Shown here piece by piece: positions 62,900 to 64,000 of a stretch of 64,000 nt of DNA. This stretch comes from Octopus sinensis (taxonomy: Eukaryota). Where the stretch lies: positions 77,562,001 through 77,626,000 of the forward strand of contig NC_042999.1 in NCBI RefSeq assembly GCF_006345805.1. Direction: 5' to 3'. The position numbers were made by a program, and so were the translations under genes. Position 1 is the stretch's first letter; the number at the start of each line of letters is the position of its first letter. The notes beneath the pieces were generated by a model that did no database searches, had not been told where the DNA came from, and saw only the letters and a program-made list of their open reading frames with translations.

Positions 62900-64000
62900 C
62901 CTTCAGTACTCTGGAGTCTTAGACTATGATGGAATGCTCCCAATGGAGGAGCCCAAGGTGGTGGATCGCTAGGCATTGTACTTTGAAGAGTTGTATAAGG
63001 TGGACCAACCTAGTACTGTTCTGAATGCTGTGATGCTGTCAGCCCTGGTGACTGATCTGCCAATCAGCTGTGATCTGCCATCCTTAGGCGAGGTTTGTAC
63101 GGTGGTAAATCAGCTGAGGAGCAGGAAGGCAACTGGCATTTGTGACATCCATGGCAAGATGATCAAGACAGGTGGGCCTGCTGCAGTTTTGTACTTATGG
63201 TGAATCATCTGTTCAATTTGGAGCAGTGGCATCATATCTCCTGACAGGAAGAGAAGCATAATTATCCCTATCTGGAGAGGTAAAGGTGACTGCCGCCATT
63301 GTAACAGTTACTGGGCTGTTACACACCCCTTAGTGCCTGGTAAGTTCTATGTCTGGGTCATTCTAAACAGAGTGTGAAATCATTTGCTTGTTACTCAGAA
63401 GTTGGAGCAGTCAGGGTTCACACCAAAGAGATCAACTACTGACAAGATTCTGGCTAATAGCGTGTACGCATTGAGTGCTAGAGGGGCTTTTGGCAGGGGC
63501 TATTTGCAGCTTATGTTGACTTCCGCAAGACGTTTAACTCGGTGGATAAGGATGTCCTTTGGAAGATTCTTGGGCAGTGAGGTATGGCTCCCAGATAGGC
63601 TGGGTTGATGGTGGCCCTATATACTGGAATGGTAAGCACAGTTCAGATTAGAAGCTCAATGTCTGACTTTTAGCCAGTTAGATCTGGGGTCTTTCAAGGT
63701 TGTGTTTTGATTCCTACTCTGTTCAAAGTCTGTATGGACTGGACTCTTGACCAGATGGTGGCTCCGTTGAGTTCTGGAGTGATCATTGGTGCAACTAGGA
63801 TTAATGACCTGAATTTTGCTGATGATGCGGTTATTCTTGTTGAGTTTCTGGGTGTTTTAAGGTGTACTGCCCTTTCACTGAGGAAGTGGAACCACTCGGT
63901 CTTAAAGTTTCCTCGGTGAAGACTAAGATCCAAAGTTTCATTGGCTTTCTGGAGCATTCCATCTCACCTGTCTCTGTTGCAGGTGATAATGTCGGAGTTG
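62900..64000 (+). mobile_element. RTE-like LINE RT fragment (third family), runs off the window end
   Basis: YFEELY...LRSRKATGICDIHGKMIK...IIPIWRGKGD...EQSGFTPKRSTTDKI...SGVFQGCVLIPTLF...RINDLNFADDAVI. Confidence 0.88.

Overview
AT-rich, repeat-dense animal genomic DNA. The repeat content (RTE LINEs with (GAT)n tails, tRNA-derived SINEs, long (TA)n tracts) looks like an octopus/coleoid cephalopod; this is inference. Two host genes sit head-to-head about 10 kb apart. One is an intronless maelstrom (piRNA pathway; HMG box plus MAEL domain) on the minus strand, 12086-13738. The other is an 8-exon Gemin2/SIP1 gene (SMN complex, 253 aa) on the plus strand, 23728-58938, rebuilt by hand from GT-AG exons; the ORF track catches only parts of exons 1 and 5. 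The rest is mostly decayed mobile DNA: RTE and CR1 LINE fragments, several SINE families, two non-autonomous Helitrons, MITEs (8-bp-TSD and TTAA types, partly nested), maT and mariner transposase relics, a Gypsy gag relic and an ORF1-only L1/Tx1-like relic. The most unusual structures are: (i) a ~400-bp foldback of a tRNA-headed element carrying a decayed minimal hammerhead-ribozyme motif (6115-6519); (ii) a near-perfect ~1.4-kb palindrome in Gemin2 intron 5 (42073-43503); (iii) the intronless mael, with tandem kappaB-like sites and a duplicated upstream block; (iv) a tandem array of RTE 3' ends facing an inverted, near-identical copy in Gemin2 intron 7. Coordinates of decayed repeats are approximate.
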